Shown here in pieces: positions 25,291 through 38,624 of a stretch of DNA of 64,000 nt. The DNA lies in assembly GCA_043228905.1 (NCBI GenBank), contig JBHGNT010000021.1, positions 5,952,001 through 6,016,000 of the forward strand, given 5' to 3'. This stretch comes from Azolla caroliniana. Its lineage: Eukaryota; Plantae; Polypodiophyta. Made by a program: the position numbers and the translations under genes. The stretch's first letter is position 1. Every line of letters starts with the position of its first letter. Under the pieces are notes generated by a model. It was not told the origin of the DNA. It made no database searches and saw only the letters and a list, made by a program, of their open reading frames with translations.

Positions 25291-25479
25291 TGAGCTTTCG
25301 TTATTTCCCCCCCAAATCCTCATATGGTTAACCCATTGAAAGAGAGGAAAGGAGGATAAATCGTTCGTATAATTGCTCAATAATTTCTATTTCAGAGTTT
25401 GGCCAAGAGTATTTTCAAGAATAAGAGAAAACTTGACGAAATTGAGGGCAATAAAGAAAAGCTCAAGAATATTTCAAAG

Positions 25480-26262
25480 TTTTTTCGCTTAGATAGCCAT
25501 ACTTAATGGGGTCAAGTGGGCTAGAGGTAGGCCCATTAGTTTATGGACAACCATATGATTATAGCCATGGTATGGACTACACATACATGGGGGTTTTTGG
25601 TGTTGCATAGGTTAGCTACAATGTTATGCACTTTTCCTTATACTTACAATGAGTTTTGGGCTAGGGATAATATCGATTAGGTTAGTTTATGGAGGGTCAT
25701 TTGGTTGACTTGAGCATAGACACATATGCTCCCGACAATGAATGCATGGAATGCCTAACTACTTTGTTATGTACGGTTGACAACTTTCTTTGTCTTTCTA
25801 AGTTTATTGCTAGAGTTTGTACCAATGTTGCAACTGCACGCTTCAAATGCATTATAATTCAATGTTGTTCTCACCGATTTTTCTTAGCACTCGATCACAC
25901 AACCTATGTATTGAAGTTGCATTATGGAATCAAAATCATCCAAATATAAATACATGTAAGGTATACAAGGAAGGTTAGTAGAGGATGAATATCACTTGTT
26001 TTTTACATGCTCTGCATATAGTGCAATTCGTGAAAGCTATGATGATATATTAAGAGGGGGCGATGACTTGAGTATCTTACTAAAGAGAACACCTAGAAAG
26101 TTGAGTTCATATGCGTATGCCTTATTCACACACTGAGATTTGGGTTTCAAAGTATGAATATCCCTTCGTAGGAAGGAGACACACATCAACATAACTTTTG
26201 GGCTTAGGTCTGATGGGTCAATATTAGCCTCTCTATGGATGCTAAAAAATATCTATCTATCT
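25480..26262 (+). mobile_element. Decayed RTE-like LINE 3' fragment
   Basis: VEDEYHLFFTCSAYSAIRE motif ~25978-26034, similar to ORF 10212-10550; (TATC)n tail at ~26250; 5' boundary approximate. Confidence 0.75.
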
Positions 26263-27827
26263 AGCTTGAGGATGTTCAAAGCACAAAGGTCCTATTTTTT
26301 TTTTTAATTTAAAAAAAGGTCTTATTTTGATGCTCCTTTAATTTAAGTGAGCCAATAACTTAATTTACTCATATTGTAAACAATTTGAAAACATGTATCG
26401 ATATGGAGTATTTATCTCCATGTACCTTGGCATTTTTTATTTGAACATGCATTTGGATATATTCAAGAGATTATTGTGTTATGAGTCATAGGACTTTGCC
26501 CAACATAACTTATGACAATCACAACTTGGACTTGTTGTGGGCGTGTTATTGAATCTAATATTGAAACTGTGCAAATAATGTCTTGATATCAAAGTCGCCT
26601 AGGATAATTTAATCCAAATCTCAAGGTATAACCATATATATTAATTTAGTGATTTATTGAAGGGAGTTATGCATATTAGGAGGGCGTATCAGTTGATATT
26701 TGTATGCCCTCCATGTTGATCTTTGTTAATGTCTTGGAGGTGAAGATTTATCATATAATTGTATTGCATTGTAGTGAGTGTGTCTTGGGAAATGCCAGGG
26801 TAGCCTTAGGGTACGTCTCATAGATAAGCCTACCCTTTGTATATTCTAAGTCATAAGTTTGCACATGAGCATTGTTCTTGCCCAAGGCAAAGATGACCCA
26901 AATGTGAACCATTTAAATGGCATCAAATGAAGTTCATAAGCACCACATAGCAATAACTGGCAAATGTGGTTCTCTAACTATTTCTACACAGTCTTTAACA
27001 TAAGGGTATTGTTGTCGACACACACTTCTCTCATAACTAACACTTGTGTACCCTCAATTCTCATTCTATCAAGGGCGGTTATTTGTTCATTGGATGTCTT
27101 ACAACTAGTTTCAATGAGTGTTAATGTCACTTAGGCTAGGTTTACAAGGTATAAAAGGGGGTTGTGATGTTGACATGATGATAGAATGATTAGTGGCAAA
27201 AATGTTAGGGCAATATTGCAAAGACATACGACGTTGTTCGTAATTTTTAAATGGGATAGATAATTGATTGTAAAGTATGTGCAAGAGGTTTTCAAGGGTA
27301 GAATATTGGACCAAATTATTAATTGAGATGGGACACGTACTGAAAATATCAAATGCCAATAGATGATTGGTTGCAAAAAAATAGATGTGATAGCAAAGGT
27401 TTCCTATGGTAGAATTTGGACCAAACAAATTTCTAGACAAAATGCATATTAAGATTACCCGAAGGGCAATCATAATTTGTTCCCAACAAATGAGGCCGAC
27501 TATATATAAATACTCTTTTTGTTGTCCATGTGATCTTCTATGATCATGGGCAAAGACATCAACCACCTATATTTTGATTACATTTTTTCAAGAAGGACCT
27601 TAGTATCTACACATAATGTACATTGTATATATAAGATATCTACATAGATAGAGACTCATTGTGGTCTGGATGAATACAAAGAAGTTTGAAGAAAAGGAAA
27701 AGGAAAAGGAAAAGGTATGTGAAAACTTTGAGAGAGAAACTAAAAACAAGTGTATAAATTGATTTGATAGTTTGTACAACTTAGTTTTGAGTTGTCTTCA
27801 TGCTAGCTAGTCCGTACAACACATTAG

Positions 27828-28128
27828 AAGGTTTACTTTGCTAGAATATCCTCACTATTATAGTAGGGAGTCGGGACAAGAAAGTTTTCTGTGGTGTCAT
27901 GCTATTTTAATGTACAAAACAACTTTACAAAAAAAAGGGAGAGAATCAAGTATGTTCTCCTTGTAAAACTTTGATCGCAAGGTTTACTTTGCTAGAATAT
28001 CCTCATGACTCACCACTATATAGTAAGGACAAGAAAGGTTTTCTGTGTTGTCATGATGTTTTAGTGTACACACTAACAAAAAAAGGGAGCTAATCGCGTA
28101 TCTTCTCCTTATAAAACTTTGATCTCAA
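27828..28128. repeat. ~150-bp tandem duplication
   Basis: AAGGTTTACTTTGCTAGAATATCCTCA...TTCTCCTT.TAAAACTTTGATC occurs twice. Confidence 0.85.
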
Positions 28129-28179
28129 GTTCAACAACTTACTATCTTGGTCTTTGGGAGCTAGCTTGTTAATTTACGA

Positions 28180-28620
28180 AAAAGGAAAAAACAATGAGGT
28201 TTCATATACCTCTTCAATATGATCATATTTAGGGATCGTGATTTTCTTTGGCTACTCTTGTGACCTTTGTTCCCGAATTGGTGGCAGATGAATAGTGGAA
28301 AGATTGGTTAAAATTTTGATAATTGTGGTGCACACCAATGATGCTTATAGTAAGGTGATAAAAGCGAGAGTTTGGTTGGTGGTGAAGATATTACGTATGT
28401 GACACATTACCCAATGCTTAGAAATGGTGATATCAAAGTGTTGCATGTAGGATGACAATATCATATTCTATTATGCGTGAAAGTGTTTTACGACTTTTAG
28501 GTTTGAACTCATTTTTCTTGTACAATTATTGAGGAGAATGACAAGCACATATTCCTTGTCTACCTAGTTGTTAAAGTCAAATAAGTTGTTATGTAAAATC
28601 TTTGGGTATCATTTGCTACG
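28180..28620 (+). mobile_element. Decayed L1 fragment homologous to ~9290-9780
   Basis: Shared words TGTGGTGCACAC.AATGATG, GGATGACAAT and GTTG.TAAAG.CA. Confidence 0.65.
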
Positions 28621-28782
28621 AAACTTTTGTCACCATTTCTTTTTACCAGGTCTTTGCCCAAGCTTGTGGTTAATACACTTTAGAGGGCTTATGTTGAATA
28701 ATGTCCTCTATAGTGTAGTGGGAACAAGAAGGGTTCTACAACCACGTTCAATAGGGCCCCTACACAAGGATAGAGGCAAAAT

Positions 28783-28843
<61 letters not shown>

Positions 28844-29299
28844 TTAAGGTGTAGTGTGATAACCCAAAACTTTTTTAAACATAGTCATGAAGTTCACATG
28901 GAAAGTGTGGACAATATTTTGTTTTTTGCTTCAAAACTTTGAAAAGGCAAAACGAGTGGATGTATGTATGTATGAATGGATGTATATATGTATGCATGTA
29001 TGTATGGATGAATGAATGTATGTATAGTATGTTTTTCAAACTTTGAAAAGGCAACATGTTACATGAGTGTATGTTTGAATGTATGTATGTATGTATGTAT
29101 GCCATTGAAGGAGGTAGTATGTTTTCCAAGGCTGCTTTTGTGATACACAAACATATATGTATACATAGTGATTGAATTTGTAGATGGTATGTGTATGAGA
29201 GAGAGAGAGAGAGAGGGAGGGAGAGAGAGGATTGGGTTGCTTGTTTAGGAACAGGGGAGAGAGGCCATTGAAGTTTAAGATACAAAAATAGAGTTGACC

Positions 29300-31836
29300 A
29301 TGAAGATGAACATGATGATCATACCATTCTTAACATTAATGATATTATCATCATTTTCATCACTAGCTCAAGTACCACCTTCCCCTTCCCCTTCCCCTTC
29401 CCCATCTTCAAGCACCGCGGATTGCCTCACGGTCTTGTCGGGTCTCTTTGATTGCATACCGTATGTGACCGAGAATAGGACCGTTGCGCCCACGCCCACG
29501 CCCCAATGCTGCAATGAGCTCTCCGGAGTCTTCGATAGCGAGCCTATCTGCCTTTGCGAGCTTTACAACACATCTGTAGTCGGCACGTACGGAATCAACT
29601 ACACTGCTGCCAATAACCTCCCCTCTTCTTGTAATCTTACTGATTCATTGCCCACTATGAGCCAATGCCAAGGTAACAAGCTATTTTTCTCTCATTGTGT
29701 TCCCATTTTCTTATCTTTTTCATTTTTGTTGTGTTGTTTTTTTGGGGTCATTTAGCATACCCCTAGTGGTAAAGCTATTTAGGCCATCGACACACGAGAG
29801 AGTGGGGTTCGAATCGTGAAATTTAGTTCCATTTTTATCTTTTTCCTTCTTTGTTGTGTTGTTTTGGGTCATTTAGCGTATACCCTAGTGGTAATGCTAT
29901 TTAGGCTATCAACACGACATGCGAGAGTGGGGTTCGAATCCTGAAATTTCACTCTTCTTTGTTACACCATATATCACCACTAAACCATATGCCTCATTGG
30001 TGTATCATACTTGAATGAATTACACCATATATCACCACTAAACCCATATGCCTCATTGGTGTATCATATTTGAATGAATTACACCATATATCACCACTAA
30101 ACCCATATGCCTCATTGGTGTATCATACTTGAATGAATTACCCCATCGTCTCTAATGAGTCAGATGCAAACCATTTCAACTATGGTCACTCTCCTTGGAA
30201 CACCACCCTAAGTTTTAAAAACATTAGCTCCTTATACATTTATGGAGTATTAAAAATTTCACTACATAAGGCCACAAACACCTAATATATACCGCGATAC
30301 CTAGTATACAACATTGAATTTGCATTATTTCTTCAATGTTTCTACCAACAAATACCGCTATGTTTTGGAAATCACAAGGATAAACCTATCTAAGTAAGAG
30401 TGATTTTTTTTCTTGACTACTTATTGATATGTAATCAATATTGGGACTATTTTAGAAATCGCCTAAGTGCTCCATATATATGTACTAAATCAATTTTGTA
30501 CTAGAAAGAGATAATGGTAATACTACCTCTATGATTAGCACAATACTTCTATGGGCAAGTATTCTTGATAAACATCCAATACACTATGGGTATGGATGTT
30601 TTTGGGGTTTTGTTTTGTCTTTCATGTTAAGTTTATGTAGCTTTTTTATTCATGCTAAGTTGGTGTAGTTCTTCTACCGATTGTCACTTTCTTTTCAATG
30701 TCTTCTCACTTTGAATCTTTTTTTGCTTAATGTTCTTCAACTGCAGGGATCCCCGTGGCTGCCCCTTCACCTAGCACGAACTCCATCCAGTCTCCTGGTA
30801 CATATGCTCTACTTTTAATTGTTTGTTACTCGATGACATATGTTTATGTAATAGTGCCGTGCTTCGAGAACATAACTAGCTAGATATGGTTGGGTTTTAT
30901 ATGGCAAATGTATCATTGTAATAGAAACGATAGGTTTTGCAATGGGAGGATTGATTCGAACCTCCGAATGAATGGGATCAAAACCCAACGCCTTATGGCT
31001 CGACCACACTTGGGTTAAATTAGCTCCTTCGCTCATACTAAGATCACTAGAAAAAGTAGATACAACTTGTCACCCATCCATAAACCTATGTGGTATGTCC
31101 CTATCGAGGGGCATTGATTAATCCTAGTTTTTTCCTGGCGCTCAATCTATTTGTGGACTCTTCGCTAGAGTAACGTGGTAAAAATGTCATTCTAGTCGTC
31201 TACCATAGATACCATGTCGCAACAACGAGTGAACATAAGAACTACCATAGTTGCACCACACACAAGAACTAGCTATGTCAATGATGTAGCTCTGTCACAT
31301 GGTGTTAGAATTAGAATTTTTTATCGTCCATAAAGAGGCCAGTTTTGACCTATGGGATAGAGTATACATGTTTTCTTGATAATTATATGTGTCTCCTTCC
31401 TAAAAAGGGGTATTTATACATTGACGCACAAAGTCTCTATGCGTGAATAAGGCATACACATATGAGATCAACCTTCTAGGTGGTGTTATTATACCGCAAG
31501 AAGTGGTGTATGCACCTAGCAAGGTATGTGTAGCCTCATGGACCTACAGAAGTTCATAATGTTTCTACACTCTATGCAAAGTTGAGATGCTCATAATGTT
31601 TTGAGAAAATTTTGTTTGTGAAGTATTGATCTTTGTCTCCAGGAACATCGCCATCGTCGTCACAATCACCGAGTGGAGATACATTGGTGGCCCCTCCAAG
31701 CTCAACTAATACAACTAATACAACTAATACAACCCCTTCAACATCTCCCAACTCCGCATCTCAATCACCATCTTTGGATATGATCAATGGTGTTGCTTCT
31801 ATGCTCATGCTCATCACCACCATGCTTTTGGTGTGA
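29300..31836 (+). CDS. GPI-anchored non-specific lipid transfer protein (LTPG/xylogen-like). Exons 29300-29672, 30747-30797, 31643-31836
   Basis: Signal peptide; 8-Cys motif C-x9-C..CC..CLC..C..C; SP/AP-rich linker; hydrophobic C-terminal tail; phase-1 GT-AG introns in frame. Confidence 0.93.
29725..29950 (+). mobile_element. Tandem pair of tRNA-derived SINE-like heads in LTPG intron 1
   Basis: Two ~120-bp copies, each with CCTAGTGGTAA (A-box-like) and GGTTCGAATC (B-box). Confidence 0.6.
29962..30140. repeat. 59-bp tandem repeat, 3 near-identical copies
   Basis: TTACACCATATATCACCACTAAACCCATATGCCTCATTGGTGTATCATACTTGAATGAA x3. Confidence 0.95.
30937..31014 (-). pseudogene. tRNA-Gln(UUG)-like pseudogene, plastid/bacterial type
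   Basis: Minus strand GTGTGGTCGAGCCATAAGGCGTTGGGTTTTGATCCCATTCATTCGGAGGTTCGAATCAATCCTCCCATTGCA; TTG anticodon loop; ATTCGGAGGTTCGAATC as recalled for plastid trnQ; damaged acceptor stem. Confidence 0.65.
31305..31500 (-). mobile_element. RTE-like LINE 3' fragment in LTPG intron 2
   Basis: Reverse complement resembles 26090-26250; (TTCTAA) tail. Confidence 0.75.
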
Positions 31837-34800
31837 AGGAGCACTATTTGATTAACCCAAACTTGGCATTTTATGTTGCTTTGCTCCCATGAAGAGGGTG
31901 ATTGATTATGGTTAAGGATTCACATTTGAGATTAAAAAGATATACGCACTCTTTTTTTAATGTAGATCGGATAAGTCATTTACACACTTTCTTCATTCAT
32001 GATCTATGCATGGTTGGGAGGAGAAATAAGAATTATAGATTTATATTGAGTTACAAATAGAGTCACACAATTACTCTTATGTAGGACATTGGAGAATTGA
32101 TAATTGGTTGTGCTCTTGTGTTTTTTCATTCCATGTTCAATCTTTTACAAATGATGAAGAGCTCTGACAACTTAGAGCACTATGCTCTCGTGAGAAGCAG
32201 TCTATTGTTTTAATAAATAAACCTAGTTTGTCAACATCCACCACAATTTTTATTTTGCAATGACAAAACCGTTTATGTTTCTATACAATTTCCTTCTTTT
32301 TTACAATGTATCATGATATTTGGAGCTCTCACGAAATAGTTATGTCATATGCCATCTACCTTTTCGGGTTTCTATAGGTCAAGTGGAAACTAAAGGTAAG
32401 TATGCCATATAGTGTGTTGTACATTTGTCTTATTTCACTTTTGATTTGTTACTTGACAAATAATAATTTCAGATTTTTATTCCTTGATAGCACTTGCTCA
32501 TTGTATGCCTTTTTATGACCAAGTTTTGGCACACAATATAGTGAGACTATAATTGTGGCTCAGAAGATCTTGTGGATATCAATTATTTGGTCATATGTTG
32601 TGATATTATAAAGGTGGTTCACAAGATCTTGTGGATCTCGATTCCTTGGATGTTCCCCTTATTGTATGTAGGTTACTCTTGGGGCTCTAGTAATATTGTC
32701 TTAACTAAAAAAGGAAACCTGTTGTTAACATATATCTCAACGATCAAGCCTTCAATATTGATGTAAAGTGCTAGTAGCTAGAGTCCATAAATTATCTCCT
32801 TGAGTAGTTCTTATGGCTAGTTAGTGCAAAACTATGTTCAAAAATAATTTAGGAGTGTCTTTATTACTCATGAATAATTTTCAAAATAATGTCAATGGTT
32901 GGGATAGGTTAGTCGTACAAATTAGTGATATGATTGGATCTTTGCACATGGTTTGATGACATTTGAGTCCACTAAACTAAGATGAGTGTGTTGTGAAAGG
33001 GAAGGAATAGTCAAAGACTTCTATAAAATAATAATCTTAAAGAGATATTCCCCAAACACATGCCAAAATAAAGCACACTCATATACCCCACAATGGTTTT
33101 GATTGAATGATAACCTTCAGAAGACTTATATGTGAGGGTGGAAGGTTAGAAAAGTAGAATCAATTTTTTGAATACTTGATGCTTTGATGTCAATTAATTA
33201 ATTGCCCAATAAGTCCTTGGGGGTGGGTATTTGATATTGTCATGAGGCATTGTAGACTATTCTAAAAAAATGATCAAAACCCAATGCCTTATTCGTTTGC
33301 AATGGAAATAACTTATAAAATCACAACTTTATGCAAGTCAAGAATATTTATCTTTTGATTATTTTGATTATATATGTTATAAGAAAAAACGTTATTTTAC
33401 TATATTTTACCTTTGTATTATGAGCCATTTCTATCGTTTAACTATAGTTGGATGACTAAAAGTATTCCCATGGCACTACTTTCTATTCCACTCTCTTTGT
33501 ATGATGTTAGTTAAAAAGGAGACCAATTTTTGAAAAAATAAGTGGTTTGTACAAAGATTGAGAGGTGGAGAGAGATGGATGATGATGGCATGTTATGTTC
33601 CTTGAGAAACTATTAACATTATTTATGGGACTAATAGATATGTGGGTTATGATACACGTGTCTCTCCTCATGTATAAGCAAGGTACTTCTAATGTAAGGC
33701 TTTTGTTTGTATTGTCCTTGAACATCGATGGGATTATTAAGAGTGAGACATTGGTTTCTATTATACGTAGAAGCACTCTCTAGCTTTCTCAACTCGTGGC
33801 ATCTAAACCTATATGGTCTTCCTATGCCGTCCTCTCACCAATGCCTCTTGGATATAGAGATGATACCACAATCTACATGTAAGGGGACATGGAGAATGTT
33901 GAGCGAGCAAGCTCAACCGGATCTGGATCGGCTGAATAAGCTTGAGCCGGATCGGCATCCGGAAGGATGAGCCGGATCGGTATCCGGAAACAACCGGTTG
34001 GATCGGGGAGCCGGATTCGAGCGGGAATCGGAAGCCTAGTAGTAGCCTAGACTACTAGGTAATCATTGTCTCGTAGTTAGTGTCAGTCGCACTTGTGAGC
34101 ATTGAAGTACCTGTCAGTCCTTTATGGACTTGTATAAATAGTGTTGTTTAGCACGTTGTATCTACAGAGTTTTAGAGTTAATTTTTGAATATAGTTTTAT
34201 GTTCTGCTCTCTCTGTCTCCTCTGTGTTTGAAGCTTTTCCATTAAACCTTCATCTCATTTTCTGTTGCTATCCTGGGAAAATCTACAGAAGATTTTCGCC
34301 GCAAGTACCACAACTCGTAAGTTGTAGCTCCGGCAAGAGTTGAACAACATCCGGCAAAGAGACATGTCAGTTACGGACTACACCAGCAAGATAAAGGAGA
34401 TTTGCGAGGCACTCGGGTCCATCAACGTGACGGTGGACGAAGACGAGATGGTACAAATTTGCCTCGGTGGTCTAGCGCAAAGGTACGGGCCAATCTGGAC
34501 AACAATCTGCACCCGGGAGAAACCACCGTCCTTCTTCGACTTGCAATCGATGCTGATGGTTGAAGAAAACCACGCGAGTGGGTCAAGGACCAGTCAATTG
34601 GACGACCGGATGCTATACATGGAGATAGATCGGCCCCATGGACGTGGTGGATGAGGTGGGTCGGCACGCAATGGAGGTGGCCGACAAGAGCAGGACCGAA
34701 GGCACAAAGGTTGTGTCGACAGCAGTTCCGGACCCTCCACAAGCAGGGGGAGTCAAAGCGGTGCCGGGAACCGGCCAGGAAAGGTCGACACAGAATGTTG

Positions 34801-35717
34801 GTACTGTGGAAAAAAGGGCCACAGGGAAAGCGAGTGCTGGAAGAAGCGCGCCGATTTGGACAAATCCGGATCCGGTAAAACCGGTCGGGAGAACTAGCAA
34901 AGCTCACACTACGCAGAAGGATTGGAAGGATCCAGAACCGAGAAAACCGGTAAAGGGCCAACCTTCGTGATGAAGCACAAGGCTAACTCGATGAAGAAGA
35001 TTACTTCTGGATCAGAGGAAGTATGGTACGTTGATTCCGGAAGAGTGGTTCTCTTTTTTGGAGAAACTGGAACAACCGGGGATTGTCGAAACCGGAGACG
35101 ACACCCTCACCCGATTGTGCATGTCAGAGAAGTTCCTTTAAGCCATGTCGGACAAAAGGGGAAGCTGATGAACGTACTACATGTTTCGACTATCACAAAG
35201 AACCTGGTGTCAGTTGGACAAATCATCGACTAGGGGATGCAGGTGCGGTTTATGCACCTACGGTGCTTCATCGAGGAAGAGGGCCGGATAATTGCGCAAG
35301 GGCGCAGAGACGTGAGGATGTTCATCCTCAACACTAATGATATCGGCACCGCTATGTTTGCGAAAGGGCAGAAGATCAAATCGGACATCGACCTGTGGCA
35401 CAAGTGGATCGGCCACGTCAATTATCGGAGGCTTCAAGACCTGCAATGGAAACAAGTCGTTTTCGGTTTGCCGAAATTTAGCGGCCGGAAGGCTGAAATT
35501 TGTGAAGCTTGCCAATTCGGGAAGCAACACCAGCTTCCATTCCCCACCGATTGAAACCAGAGCCATAACAAGCTCGATTTAATCCATTTGGATGTATGGG
35601 GACTGGCACAAAATGTTAGTCTTGGTGGGAGTGTTGGGGACAAGGCTGTCAATGCAGAAGTGCAAGCAACATTCTGTTTGAAGAAGAACCTGTGTATACG
35701 CATAAGCAAGATAGACA

Positions 35718-35760
<43 letters not shown>

Positions 35761-36624
35761 GCACAAACTAATCGTTATATTCCAATAGCAACAATTACAA
35801 AGAATGACAACCAACCTTTTCTAAAGGTTACAAAGTCACTTTATATAGTGATTGTCGTAGGGCAACTGCCCTTTATGCTATTTACAGAAATAGCCCAAAC
35901 TTGGGCTGTCCAAAGGGACAGTGTGAATACGGCCATTATACACTCGTATTCAACACTCCCCCGTAATGGGCGTATACATGGGTTATACTAAAGTTACAGG
36001 TATGTACAAGGTTGTCGGACAGATCAGTTTTGTTAGAGTCGGGAAGATCCGAAGATAGAAGACTGAACTGATCGAGTCGGAAGAGTTGAAGACGATCCTC
36101 AAAGAACCGATGTCGGTGGTCCGAAACCATCATGTGCTGTGAATCCGACTTTAACCGGACCGATTTTTCATTATGCCCATCTGGTGCCAAAGGGATCGGA
36201 AACGATCCGCCGAAAGACACTTGGTCATTCCTTCTACGACATTATCGATTATGGATATTTTCTCGAGACCGATTTTCCCTGAAATCACGTAGTCCCGAAC
36301 GAAGTGATATCGAACGTCTATATGTTTGGAGGTGTTGTGGTGAACCGGATTCTTTGACAAAGCAACAACACCCTGACTGTCGCTGTAGACAACTGGAGCC
36401 GAGTCGGAGTCGACTTGTCGAAACGTGTGTGCCAGCCAACCAAGTCACAAGGCTTCTTTTGCCACGTCGGACGCAACTACATATTCTGCTTCAGTCGTTG
36501 AGGTGGCTGTGCACTCATGGAGTTTCGACTTCCATGAGATTGCTCCATTGCCGAATTTGAAGCAATATCCGGTTGTTGATTTCCGATTGTCCACGTAGCC
36601 GGCGAAGTCCGAGTCTGGGTCCTA

Positions 36625-37084
36625 CTCACGCACACAGACGACAACCACTCGACTCGAAGAAACAAAAAGGGGGGGGGGGAGAGAGAGAGAGCCTCTGCTG
36701 GAAGCACATAGGCTATCCACGAAGCAGAGGCAGCAAACTCCCGACACCCACAGAAAATGACGATCGGAGGAGGGAGAGCTCGGCCCTCGGTTCTGCAGCA
36801 GCACTTCGTCCTCGCCAACGCGTGATCCCTTTTCTTCCTTCTCTCCCTCCTTAAATAGTTCGCCAAAGGGAGACTCTTCTTCCCTAGTCCAATCGCTTTA
36901 TTCCCTATCCCTTTCGACAGAGATACGCACAAATCCCCTAATAGATGCGTACTACCTAGTATTAACATTAGCCGACCTAATTATGAATTATGTACAAAAT
37001 ATCAATTCTCGCGTCCACCCATGTAAGAGCCGGTTCATGCCCCTTTTTCTCCGATTCCGCCTATGGCCGGTTTTCTTCACGACA
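36625..37084 (-). mobile_element. Truncated Gypsy LTR inside Copia B RT/RNase H
   Basis: Ends GGTTTTCTTCACGACA, the reverse complement of the LTR terminus TGTCGTGAAGAAAACC at 56156; flanked by ACGT. Confidence 0.8.
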
Positions 37085-38276
37085 ACGTCCGATGTAGTCA
37101 GTTTGAGACAAGAAAAGTTGTCGTTTATCGTAATGCCGACTAATCTTCATACAAAGTATGTGTCTTGCCGGACCGAGATCCTTCATGGCAAACTTCAACT
37201 GCAGTTTCCGAACGAGTTCGATGAGCTCTCCAGCATGCTGACTGGAGAGTAGCATGTCGTCCACGTAGATGATGAGGAAGACGGGAGACCCGTCTTGAGC
37301 TGTTTTGGTGAAGAGATAGTGGTCCTCATCGCTCTTTGAGAAGCCGACCGATTGGATGAAGTTGTCGAACTTCTTGTACTACTTTCGGGGTGCCTGTTTT
37401 AGGCCGTAGAGATTCTTCCTGAGTCGACAGACTAGATGTTCCTGGCTGGATACAAAGCCTCTCGGCTACTCCATATAGATTTCCTCCTGTAGGTCACCGT
37501 GGAGGAATGCCGTTTTTACATCTAGTGGAATCAGCTCCAAGTTGTTGGCGGCCACGACGCCGAGCATGAAACAAAGGGTCGTCATTTTCACCACTGGTGA
37601 AAAGATTTCGTCAAAGTCGACGCCATATTCTTGTCTAAATCCCTTCGCAACTAATCTGGCCTTGTACTTTGGGTTGGTCGAGTTGGACGTCTCTTTCAGT
37701 CGATAGACCCACTTACATGGAAGAGCACATCGATTCTTCAGTAATTCGACCAAGTCCCAAGTCTTGTTTGCTCGAATGGAGTGCATTTCCGACTCCATCG
37801 CCAGATGCCATGTGGCTGAATCGGCTGATGCCAATGCTTCTTCGTAAGACGTCGGTTCGTCGGCGTCGACAAAGAAAATTTTGGGCGAGTACCTCTCCGG
37901 AGGTTGCGACAGTCTCTCGGATGTGCGAGGTATGACTGGACTAGTCGCACCGAGTGTCGATGTCATTCGGCTATGGCGAATCGGTGGATTCAGTGCGAGA
38001 GTTGTCGGTTACCCGTGAAACCGATCTCGTGTTGTGGGCTGGGCCGTCATGAAGGGTTGGCACTTCGGAAAATATTACCCTTCGGACTTCAATAGGCCTT
38101 TTGGCCGTTTTATGCATAGCCGACTCGTTGAACACGACGTCCGAACTTCGGACGATTTGTTTGTGCTCGGGGTCCCAGAGTCGGTATCCGATCTCGCCGT
38201 CGGGTCCATATCCAAGGAAAACGCATTTCCTTGATCTTGGTTCGAGTTTCCGGCGGTCGTCTTTCGGTATGAGGGC

Positions 38277-38584
38277 TGTTGAGAGATCAAGCTCAACTTA
38301 ATTTAGTTAGTTAGTCAACCATGTAACTTCGTAGTTACCTAGATAGAATCTAGTTAGAAGTGTTGATTATAACGCCTTAAATAGGACCTTGTACTTAAGT
38401 GGGATATTCTAGATCCTCCACTCCTAAGTACATTTAATATAGGACTTACACATTAGTACCTATATTCTACTCACACATGTGCACCTTTGCACATGAGATG
38501 TATATATACCTCATTGTGGGTATTTTTGTATTTGATGATGATAATGCTAATTTAATATACTTACTCATTCCCCATCTTGTGTTG

Positions 38585-38624
<40 letters not shown>

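Noticed and set aside
26300-27600. Coding-like decayed sequence including ORF 27111-27566
   Set aside because: No recognisable domain; probably an old TE remnant, but not supportable without a search
32400-33890. Possible decayed transposon between LTPG and the nest
   Set aside because: No termini, TSD or motif identified
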